The position numbers and the translations under genes were made by a program. Below, piece by piece: positions 37,645-46,171 of a stretch of DNA of 46,171 nucleotides. The stretch covers positions 1 through 46,171 of the forward strand of contig CAZJFE010000002.1 in assembly GCA_964545345.1 (NCBI GenBank), in the 5' to 3' direction. The notes below the pieces were generated by a model. The model saw only the letters and a list, made by a program, of their open reading frames with translations. It was not told the origin of the DNA and did no database searches. Position 1 is the stretch's first letter, and each line of letters starts with the position of its first letter. Source of the DNA: an uncultured Candidatus Saccharibacteria bacterium. Its GTDB lineage: Bacteria > Patescibacteriota > Minisyncoccia > UBA6257 > WO2-44-18.

Positions 37645-38499
37645 ATGGCGAAACTCTTTTATTTGGGATCGGTTCTGGCATTTGGCGCGATCATCATTGG
37701 AGTTTCTCTTGACCGCGGTTTGTTGTTTTCGGAAAAATCCGGTCTGACGGCAGGATTCAAATTAGTGGCGGAGATTCCGGTTGTTGGTGAGAGGCCAAAG
37801 ACCAATGGCTCACAACCTACGACGACGAAACCGGAAATTAAGAAAGTTTTTGCCGTTGCCAAAGTCGCGCCACATCCAACTCCTATTTCGGCTCCAGCGC
37901 CAGCAGTAGCTCCGGCCACTAATGTTGCTGTGACTTCGGCGCCGGCTCCCCAGCCGACGCCAACTCCATTACCTGCGCCGGCCCCGTTGCCGGTACCGAC
38001 TTCATCACCCACTCCCGCCTCGGCGTCCACTCCCGCGCCAGAACCGACTCCCGTCCCAACGTCTTCGCCAGCGGAGCCGACCCCGCCACCAGCTCCTGAA
38101 CCGGTTCCCGCGCCCGTTCCTCCGCCACAGCCCGCTATTGTTGATCCGGTGATCAGCGAAATTTTATTTGACGCGGTTGGCTCTGATTCCGGAAAAGAGT
38201 TTATAAAAATTTATAATTCAAACAATACCGATCTCAATTTAGAAAATTGGTCGCTCAAAAATGGAGACAGTTCTTTGGTGAAAATTGGTTCAAAGTCGGA
38301 AGATGTTTTGGTGGTCAGGGCGAATAGCTACCTAATCGTTGGATTGTCCGGAAATACCGATGCCGACATAACGCGCTCCGCGTCTCTGCCTAATGGGGTG
38401 GCTACCATTGTATTAATTAATGAAGCGGGCGCGATTATTGATTCCGTATCATACGACGGAGCCAATTTTGCGGAGGGGCAAAGTTGGGTAAGGCCTTAG
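37645..38499 (+). CDS. Membrane-anchored lamin-tail-domain (LTD) protein with a long Pro/Ala/Thr linker
   Basis: N-terminal TM segment, about 100 aa of P/A/T-rich linker, and a C-terminal ISEILFDAVGSDSGKEFIKIYN...NWSLKNGDSS region typical of LTD. Confidence 0.7.
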   Translation: MAKLFYLGSVLAFGAIIIGVSLDRGLLFSEKSGLTAGFKLVAEIPVVGERPKTNGSQPTTTKPEIKKVFAVAKVAPHPTPISAPAPAVAPATNVAVTSAPAPQPTPTPLPAPAPLPVPTSSPTPASASTPAPEPTPVPTSSPAEPTPPPAPEPVPAPVPPPQPAIVDPVISEILFDAVGSDSGKEFIKIYNSNNTDLNLENWSLKNGDSSLVKIGSKSEDVLVVRANSYLIVGLSGNTDADITRSASLPNGVATIVLINEAGAIIDSVSYDGANFAEGQSWVRP

Positions 38500-38909
38500 G
38501 GTTTCGGGCAGGAGTTTTCGGTGACGCTGGAGATAACTTTTGCAGTCACTACTTCGGTAATTTTACTGACCAGAGTTGGATTGTTTTGGATTTCTGATAT
38601 TTCCTTGACGATTTCTCGGGTTCGTTGAACGGTTTTAATATCCGAGGTTGGCTGTTCGGAATATTTTTGGATAATGCTTTCTATCGTCTCAAAATTGTCG
38701 TCTAACTCCTCAATTAAAATCTCCCGCTGATATTTCGGCGTCGCGTATAAGTTTTCTGCCGCTTTCTTAATCTCCAGCGGAATGTAATTTTGGTCGTTGA
38801 GATAGGCCAGTCCCTGTTCTTTAATAGAATCCGGGGCGAAGTAAAAAGCCGCGCCGGCCACGACGCTAGCGATCGCCAGAAGTATCAACAGCCGGATTAG
38901 TCCAAACAT
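38496..38909 (-). CDS. Hypothetical membrane-anchored protein
   Basis: 137 aa with an N-terminal TM segment (LILLAIASVVAGAAFYF), then a charged helical region. Confidence 0.55.
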   Translation of the reverse strand: MFGLIRLLILLAIASVVAGAAFYFAPDSIKEQGLAYLNDQNYIPLEIKKAAENLYATPKYQREILIEELDDNFETIESIIQKYSEQPTSDIKTVQRTREIVKEISEIQNNPTLVSKITEVVTAKVISSVTENSCPKP

Positions 38910-38957
38910 GGTTCTATTATAGCATCGCCGATAGCTATTTTCTTTAATGATTTAGTT

Positions 38958-38966
38958 TGCTAAAAT
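38958..38966 (+). promoter_or_regulatory. Extended -10 TGcTAAAAT, 7 nt before ATG 38974 (leaderless layout)
   Basis: The same nonamer TGCTAAAAT recurs at 45108-45116, before rpe. Confidence 0.5.
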
Positions 38967-38973
38967 ATTTTTT

Positions 38974-39606
38974 ATGCTCTACAAAATCTTGGCCGGATTA
39001 GTTTTAGCGGTGGTGGTAGTGGTCGGAGTTTATTTAGTAGCGGCAGACGTGGCGGGTGAGTCAAAAGAAAATTTATCAGAAAATTCTATGGAAAATAATT
39101 TACCAAAATATGATTTCCCGAATGCCGTAATTGAAACCAGCATTGGAGCCGTTGTGGTCAAACTTTATCCCGAGGATGCTCCTAAGACCGTGGAAAACTT
39201 TAAAAAGCTAGCCGGGGAGCAATATTACGACGGCCTGACCTTCCATCGGGTGATCCCTGGTTTTATGGTTCAGGGCGGCGATCCGAATTGCACTTCGGAG
39301 CGCAGTAAAGGGTCTTGCGGCAGTGGTGGTCCGGGATACAAATTCGCGGATGAACTGAATCCGAATACCGCTTCCGCCAAGGAGGGCTACAAGAAGGGTG
39401 TACTAGCGATGGCGAACGCCGGGCCGAATACCAACGGCAGTCAGTTCTTTATTATGGTCGCCGATGTTCCGTTGCCCCACAACTACACGATTTTTGGAAA
39501 GGTGGTTTCTGGTCAGGAGATAGCTGACAAAATTAGCATGGTCAAAACAGGGATGAATGATCGGCCAGTGGAAGCGGTGGTTATTAATAAAATTACTGCA
39601 CAGTAA
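38974..39606 (+). CDS. ppiB: Cyclophilin-type peptidyl-prolyl cis-trans isomerase, membrane-anchored
   Basis: FHRVIPGFMVQGGDP and NTNGSQFFI signatures, with an N-terminal TM segment. Confidence 0.9.
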   Translation: MLYKILAGLVLAVVVVVGVYLVAADVAGESKENLSENSMENNLPKYDFPNAVIETSIGAVVVKLYPEDAPKTVENFKKLAGEQYYDGLTFHRVIPGFMVQGGDPNCTSERSKGSCGSGGPGYKFADELNPNTASAKEGYKKGVLAMANAGPNTNGSQFFIMVADVPLPHNYTIFGKVVSGQEIADKISMVKTGMNDRPVEAVVINKITAQ

Positions 39607-39613
39607 AAAAAAT

Positions 39614-39639
39614 AAACCCCCGACTCGGGTCGGGGGTTT
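39614..39639. terminator. Bidirectional terminator between convergent genes
   Basis: AAACCCCCGAC TCGG GTCGGGGGTTT hairpin flanked by A and T runs. Confidence 0.85.
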
Positions 39640-39642
39640 TGG

Positions 39643-40242
39643 TTATTCTTCTTTGCTTAAGAGCGGGATTACCTTACAATCAACGAAAGCTCGGATTTCT
39701 TGTTTCAAGAATTCTCTATCGTTGAAGTTATTATCAATTTTCCAATCAGCTTCGGCGCCGATTGTTCTGATTAGCTTTTCTGTTGGCGACTCGTCTTTTT
39801 TCAGAAATTCTTCGTAGGATATATTTTGATCGTCGGGTTTGTCGCTACTGGCGAGACCGCGTTTCCAGCGAACTTCCGGAAGAGCAGTCACGTATAGAAG
39901 AAGATTATTACTTTGCTGTCTGAGGGCATCCTTGTCGGTAAGCCAGCGGATGCTATCTACCATCCTAACGGTGGACCGATCTTCTCGGACAACGTTGAAG
40001 ATTCTCTCGGTGATCCGGCCCTCTCCGAAGTTAGAATCCATGAGGACCGCGAATTTCATGCGATTTTCTCTGGATTCAAAAACTCCATATTCTCTGAGGG
40101 TTTTGGCAATGGCGTCAGAGGTACTAAAGGAAGCGACTGACAACACTCCGTATTCACGCAGAACTTCCCGCATGAGGGTTTGCGATGTCCCTTTTCCGCC
40201 CCGTTTTTCCCCGACAAAGCCGATTACAACCACGTTTCTCAT
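39643..40242 (-). CDS. P-loop NTPase, deoxynucleoside-monophosphate-kinase-like
   Basis: N-terminus VVVIGFVGEKRGGKGT resembles the GxxGxKxSGKDT loop of phage T4 gp1-type dNMP kinases. The function call is weak. Confidence 0.45.
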   Translation of the reverse strand: MRNVVVIGFVGEKRGGKGTSQTLMREVLREYGVLSVASFSTSDAIAKTLREYGVFESRENRMKFAVLMDSNFGEGRITERIFNVVREDRSTVRMVDSIRWLTDKDALRQQSNNLLLYVTALPEVRWKRGLASSDKPDDQNISYEEFLKKDESPTEKLIRTIGAEADWKIDNNFNDREFLKQEIRAFVDCKVIPLLSKEE

Positions 40243-40874
40243 TTCAGTCTCCTATCCAGTATTTTCAAAATGTCCGACAGGGATTTTACCACGAAATCCG
40301 GCCTTTTCGCAACCAGTAATTTACGGGTATTGTAGCCGCCGGTAAAGGCGATTGAGATGATCCCGGCTAGATTAGCGTCTACTATGTCAGAAGCGGTGTC
40401 GCCGATGTAGAAAGCTTGCTGGGGCGGGATTCGGAATTTATCCAGCATTTCTAAGAAAGCAATCCGCTTATTTTCCCGTCCGCCAACTAGAAAATCAAAA
40501 TGCTTTTGGAGGTTCATTTGCTCCACTCTTTTTTCAAAGAGCGGCTGGTTCAGGGCGCTGACGATGCCGGTGATAATTTTCCTCTCACGCAGCGCATGAG
40601 CTACGGCAATGGCGTCCGGGCGCAGTTTTGATTTGTCCCAGATGGGGTCTTCCGTAGCGCTGAATGTTTCCTTCAGCTCTTCTTCGGTGACGCTTTCCGG
40701 TAATCCTTGCGAGCGGTACCAGGCGGTGTTGATCGGAGCGGCATTTCGGAATGCCCGCAAAGACGGCGGCTTCAATTTATATTTGTGAAATACCGAGGAC
40801 GTCCTCGCATAAAGCACATGCATGTCGTCAACCAACGTTCCATTGAAATCAAACATTGCCAGTTTGTATTCCAC
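40239..40874 (-). CDS. HAD-family hydrolase (phosphoglycolate-phosphatase-like)
   Basis: Motif I-like LAMFDFNGTLVDD and a late YIGDTASDI motif. Length 211 aa. Confidence 0.7.
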   Translation of the reverse strand: MEYKLAMFDFNGTLVDDMHVLYARTSSVFHKYKLKPPSLRAFRNAAPINTAWYRSQGLPESVTEEELKETFSATEDPIWDKSKLRPDAIAVAHALRERKIITGIVSALNQPLFEKRVEQMNLQKHFDFLVGGRENKRIAFLEMLDKFRIPPQQAFYIGDTASDIVDANLAGIISIAFTGGYNTRKLLVAKRPDFVVKSLSDILKILDRRLK

Positions 40875-40901
40875 CCACTGATCCTTTTGAGGAACTGGCT
40901 G

Positions 40902-40907
40902 TATAAT
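40902..40907 (+). promoter_or_regulatory. TATAAT box placed 6 nt before ATG 40914 (leaderless layout)
   Basis: Consensus -10 hexamer with no Shine-Dalgarno sequence. Confidence 0.5.
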
Positions 40908-40913
40908 AAACTA

Positions 40914-41384
40914 ATGGTGGCGATTTTGCATAGTGTCCGCAGTCTTCACAACGTCGGTTCTATTTTCCGCACGGCGGACGCCGCCGGAATTGAAAAATTG
41001 TATTTGTGCGGAATTACTCCGACGCCATTTGATAGATTCGGCGCCGTAAGACAGCAAGTAGGGAAAGTTTCCTTAGGAGCGGAAAAAACCGTGCCATGGG
41101 AAAAGATCGCTTCTACTACTCGGCTTATTGATAAGCTAAAAAAGGAGGGATATAAGATTTTTGCTCTGGAACAATCAACCAAATCCATTCCGTATAACAA
41201 AGTTGGCGCTTTGACGCGTCAAAGCAGGGTAGCTTTAGTTGTTGGGCATGAGGTCAAGGGTCTGCCGGCGGCAATTTTGAAGAAAGCTGATAGAATTCTA
41301 GAGATACCGATGGTTGGCGAAAAAGAATCTCTAAACGTGGCAGTCGCCTTCGGAATAATGGCCTTCAGATTAATCCATGGCTAA
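40914..41384 (+). CDS. SpoU/TrmH-family RNA 2'-O-methyltransferase
   Basis: MVAILHSVRSLHNVGSIFRTADAAG, LVVGHEVKGL and IPMVGEKESLNVAVAFGI motifs. The track's start at 40707 would overlap the divergent HAD gene by 168 nt. Confidence 0.8.
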   Translation: MVAILHSVRSLHNVGSIFRTADAAGIEKLYLCGITPTPFDRFGAVRQQVGKVSLGAEKTVPWEKIASTTRLIDKLKKEGYKIFALEQSTKSIPYNKVGALTRQSRVALVVGHEVKGLPAAILKKADRILEIPMVGEKESLNVAVAFGIMAFRLIHG

Positions 41385-41832
41385 AACTTTTTTACTTTCA
41401 CTTTTAATATTCTTGGTAGTGGCCTTGTGGGCGTTGCTTTCCTGGATTGGAAAAGTACCGCTGGAATCTTTGCGGAAAACCGAGATTATTCTCGGAGGAA
41501 AAACTTTCAAAGTAGATGTGGCGGAGAGCTTCTCTACCCGAGCGACTGGTCTTTCTGGTCGGTCGGTTTTGGGTGAGGATGAAGGGATGTTGTTTATTTT
41601 TCCATTTCCCGGAATTTATAGTTTTTGGATGCGAGGAATGAATTTTCCTTTGGACATAGTCTGGATTAGCGGCAATCGGATAGTCGGCATCGCGGAGAAC
41701 GTTCCGGTGTCTTCAGGTTTAAGTTTACCGACCTATTCACCCCCCGGCCCTATTGATAAAGTAGTAGAATTAAACGCAGGAGTAGCCAGTAAGCTAGAGC
41801 TCAAGATTGGCGATAGCATTTCTATTAAATGA
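41377..41832 (+). CDS. DUF192-family protein, N-terminal TM segment
   Basis: GLSGR...EGMLFIF...FWMRGMNFPLDIVWI is typical of DUF192 (COG1430). Confidence 0.7.
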   Translation: MAKTFLLSLLIFLVVALWALLSWIGKVPLESLRKTEIILGGKTFKVDVAESFSTRATGLSGRSVLGEDEGMLFIFPFPGIYSFWMRGMNFPLDIVWISGNRIVGIAENVPVSSGLSLPTYSPPGPIDKVVELNAGVASKLELKIGDSISIK

Positions 41833-42215
41833 CAATCGTTTTAAGAAAAGGGGACAAGTTTTCGGAAAAATTTAGGGGATTTCTGGAGAAGAATCGGGTT
41901 AACAGCGGTTTTTTCTTTGGCTTGGGAGGCTTTCAGAAGGTAGAGATCGCTTTCTATGATTTGCGGACTAAAAAATATAATAGGAAAAAATTTATCGGGC
42001 CGTTTGAGGTATTGAGCTTGATCGGGAATGTCGCACAAAACGGTGATGAAATTATGGTTCACGCGCATGTTGTTTTGGGAGATAAGAATTTTAAAACTTT
42101 TGGCGGGCACTTAGTGGATGGAGTGGTGGGTGGCACGTTGGAGATAAATTTAAATGAGTCGGGAATGATGGAGAGGAAGTTTGATGACGAAACCGGTTTG
42201 AATCTGCTAAAGTAA
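41829..42215 (+). CDS. PPC/DUF296-domain protein
   Basis: 128 aa. The FFGLGGFQKVEIAFYD...HAHVVLGD...GGHL pattern matches the PPC (DUF296) fold. Confidence 0.6.
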   Translation: MTIVLRKGDKFSEKFRGFLEKNRVNSGFFFGLGGFQKVEIAFYDLRTKKYNRKKFIGPFEVLSLIGNVAQNGDEIMVHAHVVLGDKNFKTFGGHLVDGVVGGTLEINLNESGMMERKFDDETGLNLLK

Positions 42216-42238
42216 TAAGGATTTAAAAATAAAAACTT

Positions 42239-43279
42239 ATGGCAAAAATTGCGATTAACGGTTTCGGCAGGATCGGGCGGTTATTTTTTCGTCAGGCATT
42301 CGGTCAGAAGGGTATAGATATTGTCGCTATCAACGATTTGGGCGACATTGAGAACCTCGCCTATTTATTAAAATACGATTCGGTTTATAGAGCTTACGAT
42401 AAAGAGGTTTCTTTTGATCGCGATGCCAGCGGTGTTGGCGGTCATTTGATTGTCGGCGGAAAAAAGATTCAGGTCATTCAGGAAAAAGAGATGGCCAAGC
42501 TTCCTTGGGGAGCTTTGAAAATTGACGTGGTGGTTGAATCCACGGGAGCTTTTGAATCTTTTGAGAAATCGGCCCCGCATGTCACGGCGGCGGGCGCGAA
42601 ACGGGTAGTGATCTCTGCTCCAGCTAAAGATGCTGAGGGAGTTGCCGGAGGAAAAACTATTTTGATGGGTATCAATGATGATCAGTTAGGAACTTGCCAG
42701 GTTTCTTCCAACGGTTCTTGCACCACCAATGCCACTTCCCCGGTGGTTGCGGTCCTTCATGAAGCTCTAGGAATTCAAAAAGCGATGCTTTCTACCACGC
42801 ATGCTTATACCGCCACGCAAAACCTTACCGACTCTCCGACCAAAGGAAAAGATTTCCGTCGCGGTAGGGCGGCGGCAAATAATATCGTCCCGTCTTCTAC
42901 CGGAGCGGCAGTCTCGGTGACTCGCGGAATTCCAGAGTTGAAAGGAAAGTTTGATGGAATTGCTTTGCGGGTTCCGGTAGTTACCGGTTCACTTGCCGAT
43001 ATTACTATGTTGGTCAAAAGGAAAACGACTGTTGAGGAGGTTAATTCTATTTTGAAAGTTGCGGCTGAGAGCAAGCGTTGGAAGGGAATCCTGGAATACA
43101 CCGATGAGCAATTGGTTTCCTCTGACACTATTGGTATGGTCCACGCCGCTTTAGTAGATTCTCAATACACGAAAGTGGTTGATGGTGATTTAGTGAAGGT
43201 GCTTTCCTGGTATGACAACGAGTGGGGGTACGTGACTACGCTTGTAGATCATGTTAGAAAGGCAGCTGATTCAACATAA
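42239..43279 (+). CDS. gap: Glyceraldehyde-3-phosphate dehydrogenase, type I
   Basis: KIAINGFGRIGR, the active-site motif SNGSCTTN, and WYDNEWGY. Confidence 0.95.
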   Translation: MAKIAINGFGRIGRLFFRQAFGQKGIDIVAINDLGDIENLAYLLKYDSVYRAYDKEVSFDRDASGVGGHLIVGGKKIQVIQEKEMAKLPWGALKIDVVVESTGAFESFEKSAPHVTAAGAKRVVISAPAKDAEGVAGGKTILMGINDDQLGTCQVSSNGSCTTNATSPVVAVLHEALGIQKAMLSTTHAYTATQNLTDSPTKGKDFRRGRAAANNIVPSSTGAAVSVTRGIPELKGKFDGIALRVPVVTGSLADITMLVKRKTTVEEVNSILKVAAESKRWKGILEYTDEQLVSSDTIGMVHAALVDSQYTKVVDGDLVKVLSWYDNEWGYVTTLVDHVRKAADST

Positions 43280-43281
43280 AG

Positions 43282-44133
43282 ATGATAAAAAAGATTCTTG
43301 TTTTATTAGCGGCGGGAGTGGTTGTGGCTTCGGTGGCGGGGGTGGGGGTCAGATATGTTTTGGAAAGTAGCCGTCAGCCAGAGTCGTTAGTTTTAGCGAC
43401 CGCTTGTAATGCGGATTTCCGAGACGTCGAAGGGAGGCAAATTGTGGGGTCAAATCTTTTGAAATTATCAGCCCCATCTATCTGGGAGCAACAGCAACCC
43501 AATCCTGATTTTGATGAGAGAGTATTACATTTCCTTTATAGAGGCGACCCGCGTAGAGATAGCGCCAAGTTAAACGCGAGGTTTGTTATAAATACAAGTA
43601 GAGAATTTCTGGACGATCCTTTTGATCCTAAAGGTGTTAAGGCAACCCTTGACGCGCTGGGTAAGATATATGACAAGCGCTCACTAGCTGGAGTTGGCGA
43701 TAAGGAATCATTAGAGATACCCATCGGCCCTATTGCTCAAATTATTCTTCCGGGGTCCTATGAATATTTGGAATCTTCCGATGGGGCTTGGAGGGGCTAT
43801 TACTACATTACTTTATACGTAACGCAGGACGCCGATCGCCACGAGCCTTATGCTCAGTTCATTCTGTTCAATAAAAATTCTGTCGGTTCTCCGGTATTGT
43901 CGGGCACGGTAGACCTAGAAACCTCGGAAAGGTTATCTCTCGATCAGCGATTGGATAATTACTTTAAAAATGATTCTCAAAAAGATTCCGATAATAAGTT
44001 ATACGAATTGATTAACAAAGATATCGGCGCGGCCAATCAGGCAATCCGAGACGGAAGAATCACAAAGGAATTTGCCTGTCAGCTGGATAACTTTAAATCC
44101 GTGATTAAGAGCATTAAAGTTACTCAAAAATAA
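43282..44133 (+). CDS. Hypothetical membrane-anchored protein
   Basis: 283 aa with an N-terminal TM segment (ILVLLAAGVVVASVAGVGV). No recognisable motif. Confidence 0.55.
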   Translation: MIKKILVLLAAGVVVASVAGVGVRYVLESSRQPESLVLATACNADFRDVEGRQIVGSNLLKLSAPSIWEQQQPNPDFDERVLHFLYRGDPRRDSAKLNARFVINTSREFLDDPFDPKGVKATLDALGKIYDKRSLAGVGDKESLEIPIGPIAQIILPGSYEYLESSDGAWRGYYYITLYVTQDADRHEPYAQFILFNKNSVGSPVLSGTVDLETSERLSLDQRLDNYFKNDSQKDSDNKLYELINKDIGAANQAIRDGRITKEFACQLDNFKSVIKSIKVTQK

Positions 44134-44139
44134 GTTTTT

Positions 44140-44577
44140 ATGAAGATTTACCTCGGAGGCGATCATGCCGGTCTACAACTGAAAGATAAAGTTAAGGCGG
44201 TACTTGCGGAGTGGGGGTACGAGGTCAAAGACTTCGGGCCGTTTGAGTTTAATAACGACGATGATTATCCGGATTTTGTTAAGCCGGTAGCGGAAGCAGT
44301 CGCCAAAGAGCCGGAGAATAGCCGAGGGATTTTGTTTGGCGGTTCTGGGCAAGGCGAGGCGATGGTGGCGAATCGGTATAAAAAAATCAGGGCCACGGTC
44401 TTTTATGGCGGGCCGGAGGATATCGTCTCGCTATCTCGTCAACACAATAATGCCAACATTCTTTCTATCGGGGTGCGGTTCATTGAAGAAAAGGAGGCGA
44501 TGCGTGTGATAAAAATGTGGCTAGAAGCAAAGTTTCCGGCTGAGGAGCGGCATAAACGCAGAATAGACAAATTTTAG
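44140..44577 (+). CDS. rpiB: Ribose-5-phosphate isomerase B
   Basis: MKIYLGGDHAGLQLK N-terminus and a GSGQGEAMVANR motif. Length 145 aa. Confidence 0.9.
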   Translation: MKIYLGGDHAGLQLKDKVKAVLAEWGYEVKDFGPFEFNNDDDYPDFVKPVAEAVAKEPENSRGILFGGSGQGEAMVANRYKKIRATVFYGGPEDIVSLSRQHNNANILSIGVRFIEEKEAMRVIKMWLEAKFPAEERHKRRIDKF

Positions 44578-44617
44578 AAATTTCAGTATTATCTTAGCAG
44601 TTCATTGAGGAGGATGT

Positions 44618-45091
44618 ATGGCTGATCCCATCGTCATTTCTCCAGTTTCCGGAAAACTTACCTGTAAGTGTGTTGGCTCCATTCTTGAATTTGGCGGAAA
44701 GATTCTGATGCTGGATCGTCGTAAGGGCGTACTGGGCTGGGCCTGTCCGGCTGGACATATGGATATTCATGGTGAGGATTGGTCTGACTGTGAGTCGCGC
44801 GAGGTAATGGAAGAGGTTGGCATCAATTTTTATACGAATTCGTGTAAGCCAAGATCTAGCTTTGATGCAGATATCAATAATCAGTGCAGTCGTGGAGCCG
44901 CCGGGCATTGGTGGCGCGTGAATCATTATGTTTTTAATCAAGAGCCGATGATAAAGCTTGGTGAGCCCGACAAGCACAAGGGCATTGGGTGGTTTCGTCC
45001 TGAGGAGCTGGAAATGATGGAACTTGAACCCGTTTGGAGAGCTATTTTGCAGAGAGTTGGTATCTTGAAGAATTATGTTGATCCGGCGTAA
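44618..45091 (+). CDS. NUDIX-family hydrolase (divergent, Cys-rich)
   Basis: Nudix-box-like GHMDIHGEDWSDCESREVMEEVGI (E-x7-REvxEEvGi). A GAGGAGG Shine-Dalgarno sequence lies upstream. Confidence 0.6.
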   Translation: MADPIVISPVSGKLTCKCVGSILEFGGKILMLDRRKGVLGWACPAGHMDIHGEDWSDCESREVMEEVGINFYTNSCKPRSSFDADINNQCSRGAAGHWWRVNHYVFNQEPMIKLGEPDKHKGIGWFRPEELEMMELEPVWRAILQRVGILKNYVDPA

Positions 45092-45106
45092 AGCCGGATT
45101 TTTTTT
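45081..45106 (+). terminator. Rho-independent terminator overlapping the stop codon
   Basis: ATCCGGC GTAAA GCCGGAT hairpin followed by TTTTTTT. Confidence 0.8.
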
Positions 45107-45107
45107 A

Positions 45108-45116
45108 TGCTAAAAT
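45108..45116 (+). promoter_or_regulatory. Extended -10 TGcTAAAAT, 6 nt before ATG 45123 (leaderless layout)
   Basis: The nonamer is identical to the one at 38958-38966. Confidence 0.5.
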
Positions 45117-45122
45117 TCACTT

Positions 45123-45764
45123 ATGCAAGTAATTCCCGGTATAGAAGGAGCGGATGCCGAATCCGTCAAAGAGCAATATGAGAAAGTTAAAGATTTGAAT
45201 CCTGATGGTTGGGTTCATTTAGATATTACCGACGGAAAGTTTACACCGGCGGTGAATTGGGGCTCGCCAGAAGGGCTTAAGTCCTTAGTCCCTAGTCGTA
45301 AGTCGTTAGTCGAGCTACACCTGATGGTGGAGGATGTGGAAAAATCTATAGATAGTTGGTTGAAGACAGGACTGATCAAGCGGGTGATTGTTCACCTAGA
45401 GGCGATGTCTGATCCGGTTTTTGTGATTCAAAAATGTAAGGAATATGAAGTTGAGCCGATGTTAGCAATTAAGCCGGAGACGGAGGTTGAGCGTTTATTC
45501 GCGCACAAAGATGATTTTCGCGCTTTTCAGATCTTGGCGGTTAATCCGGGTTGGTCGGGTCAGAAGTTTAATGAGGATTCTTTGGCAAAAATAGAGTGGA
45601 TTAAGGCCAAAATACCGAATGCTATAATAGAAATAGACGGGGGCGTCAATCCGGAGGTAGCTAGGAAGTGTTACCAGGCCGGAGCAAACGTCTTAATCTC
45701 AACTTCTTATATCCAAAAGAGCCAGAGTCCTCAAGATGCATACAAGGAACTATTCAATGATTGA
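45123..45764 (+). CDS. rpe: Ribulose-phosphate 3-epimerase
   Basis: HLDITDGKFTP, ELHLMV, AVNPGWSGQKF and EIDGGVN motifs. Length 213 aa. Confidence 0.85.
   Translation: MQVIPGIEGADAESVKEQYEKVKDLNPDGWVHLDITDGKFTPAVNWGSPEGLKSLVPSRKSLVELHLMVEDVEKSIDSWLKTGLIKRVIVHLEAMSDPVFVIQKCKEYEVEPMLAIKPETEVERLFAHKDDFRAFQILAVNPGWSGQKFNEDSLAKIEWIKAKIPNAIIEIDGGVNPEVARKCYQAGANVLISTSYIQKSQSPQDAYKELFND
45280..45314 (+). repeat. Tandem heptanucleotide repeat inside rpe (AGTCCTT AGTCCCT AGTCGTA AGTCGTT AGTCGAG)
   Basis: Read directly from the sequence. It encodes KSLVPSRKSLVE. The repeat-generated stop triplets (45286, 45293, 45299, 45307) all avoid the coding frame. Confidence 0.8.
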
Positions 45765-46171
45765 GCCATTGCACGAAAAAAAGTTAAAATTTCTTGAAGA
45801 AAAAGCGAACCAGATTCGTGAAGATTTGATTGAGACTCTTCTTGAGGCGGGCTCCGGGCATTCCGCCGGGCCGCTTGGAATGGCGGATATTTTCACCGCG
45901 CTGTATTTCCATGTGATGAATTACGATCCGAAGAAACCGGATTGGCCGGAACGGGATCGGTTGGTGCTATCTAACGGCCACATTTGCCCAATCCGTTACG
46001 TCACAATGGCGCACGCCGGATTTTTTCCTTTGGAAGAGTTGAAGACTTTGCGAAAGATTAACTCCCGCCTGCAGGGGCATCCACATAGAACCGCTCTTCC
46101 AGGTTCGGAAACCACATCCGGACCTTTGGGATCCGGTCTTTCGCAAGCGGTAGGCATGGCGCTCGCGGCTC
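45757..46171 (+). CDS. tkt: Transketolase, N-terminal subunit (3' end outside window)
   Basis: Not in the ORF track because it runs off the window edge. The translation is MIEPLHEKKLKFLEEKANQIREDLIETLLEAGSGHSAGPLGMADIFTALYF...LSNGH. The ATG overlaps the rpe 3' end. Confidence 0.85.
   Translation, partial: MIEPLHEKKLKFLEEKANQIREDLIETLLEAGSGHSAGPLGMADIFTALYFHVMNYDPKKPDWPERDRLVLSNGHICPIRYVTMAHAGFFPLEELKTLRKINSRLQGHPHRTALPGSETTSGPLGSGLSQAVGMALAA

Noticed and set aside
40707-40913. Long N-terminal extension of the TrmH-like ORF
   Set aside because: It would overlap the divergent HAD gene by 168 nt. The ATG at 40914 follows a TATAAT box and starts the conserved SpoU domain.
1-46171. Alternative genetic code (UGA recoding, as in some candidate phyla)
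   Set aside because: Many well-conserved genes end at TGA with normal lengths (for example 490-1236, 9606-9953 and 45123-45764), and no conserved domain is interrupted by an in-frame TGA.

Overview
This 46 kb window reads as a compact, almost entirely plus-strand bacterial genome segment using the standard genetic code. TGA-, TAA- and TAG-terminated ORFs all have family-typical lengths. Gene content suggests a small-genome uncultivated bacterium of the Patescibacteria/CPR type, but that is inference only: lamin-tail-domain and Pro/Thr-linker surface proteins, an O-antigen-ligase-TPR fusion, a split transketolase and a GSII-type glutamine synthetase.

First half (1-30.3 kb): a large surface-glycan island.
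- A complete GDP-D-glycero-alpha-D-manno-heptose route (transaldolase, GmhA, HddA-like kinase, GmhB, HddC-like nucleotidyltransferase) plus SDR tailoring enzymes.
- A self-contained AcpS / adenylating enzyme / carrier protein / GNAT cassette.
- A nonulosonic (sialic-like) acid module (NeuC, NeuA, NeuB) with a 2-hydroxyacid dehydrogenase, a cupin and three DMT-type transporters.
- An O-antigen-ligase/TPR protein next to two repetitive secreted proteins.
- A Wzx flippase and an initiating phosphoglycosyl transferase.

Second half: housekeeping genes, namely DsbA-like, cca, serA, glnII, a grx-trxB redox cluster, PPIase, TrmH-like, gap, rpiB, rpe and tkt.

The most unusual signals are non-coding:
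1. Three copies of an architecture in which a perfect 12-21 bp long-range inverted repeat closes an 80-95 nt loop and ends exactly in the start codon of the downstream gene. ATGAA is duplicated on both outer flanks, and an upstream mini-ORF runs through the 5' arm.
2. Directly behind cca, a complete tRNA-Pro(CGG) nested inside the anticodon arm of a second tRNA-Pro-like gene, preceded by two about 74-nt double-hairpin repeat units that share the outer tRNA's 5' end.
3. A dispersed family of tandem heptanucleotide repeats (AGTCGTT/AACGACT) at five loci. Three of them form stop/start gene junctions and two lie inside acpS and rpe.
4. A roughly 170-nt multi-helix element closed by a stem of about 28 base pairs, between two sugar genes.
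5. A recurrent '-10 box + 6-7 nt + ATG' layout implying leaderless mRNAs.
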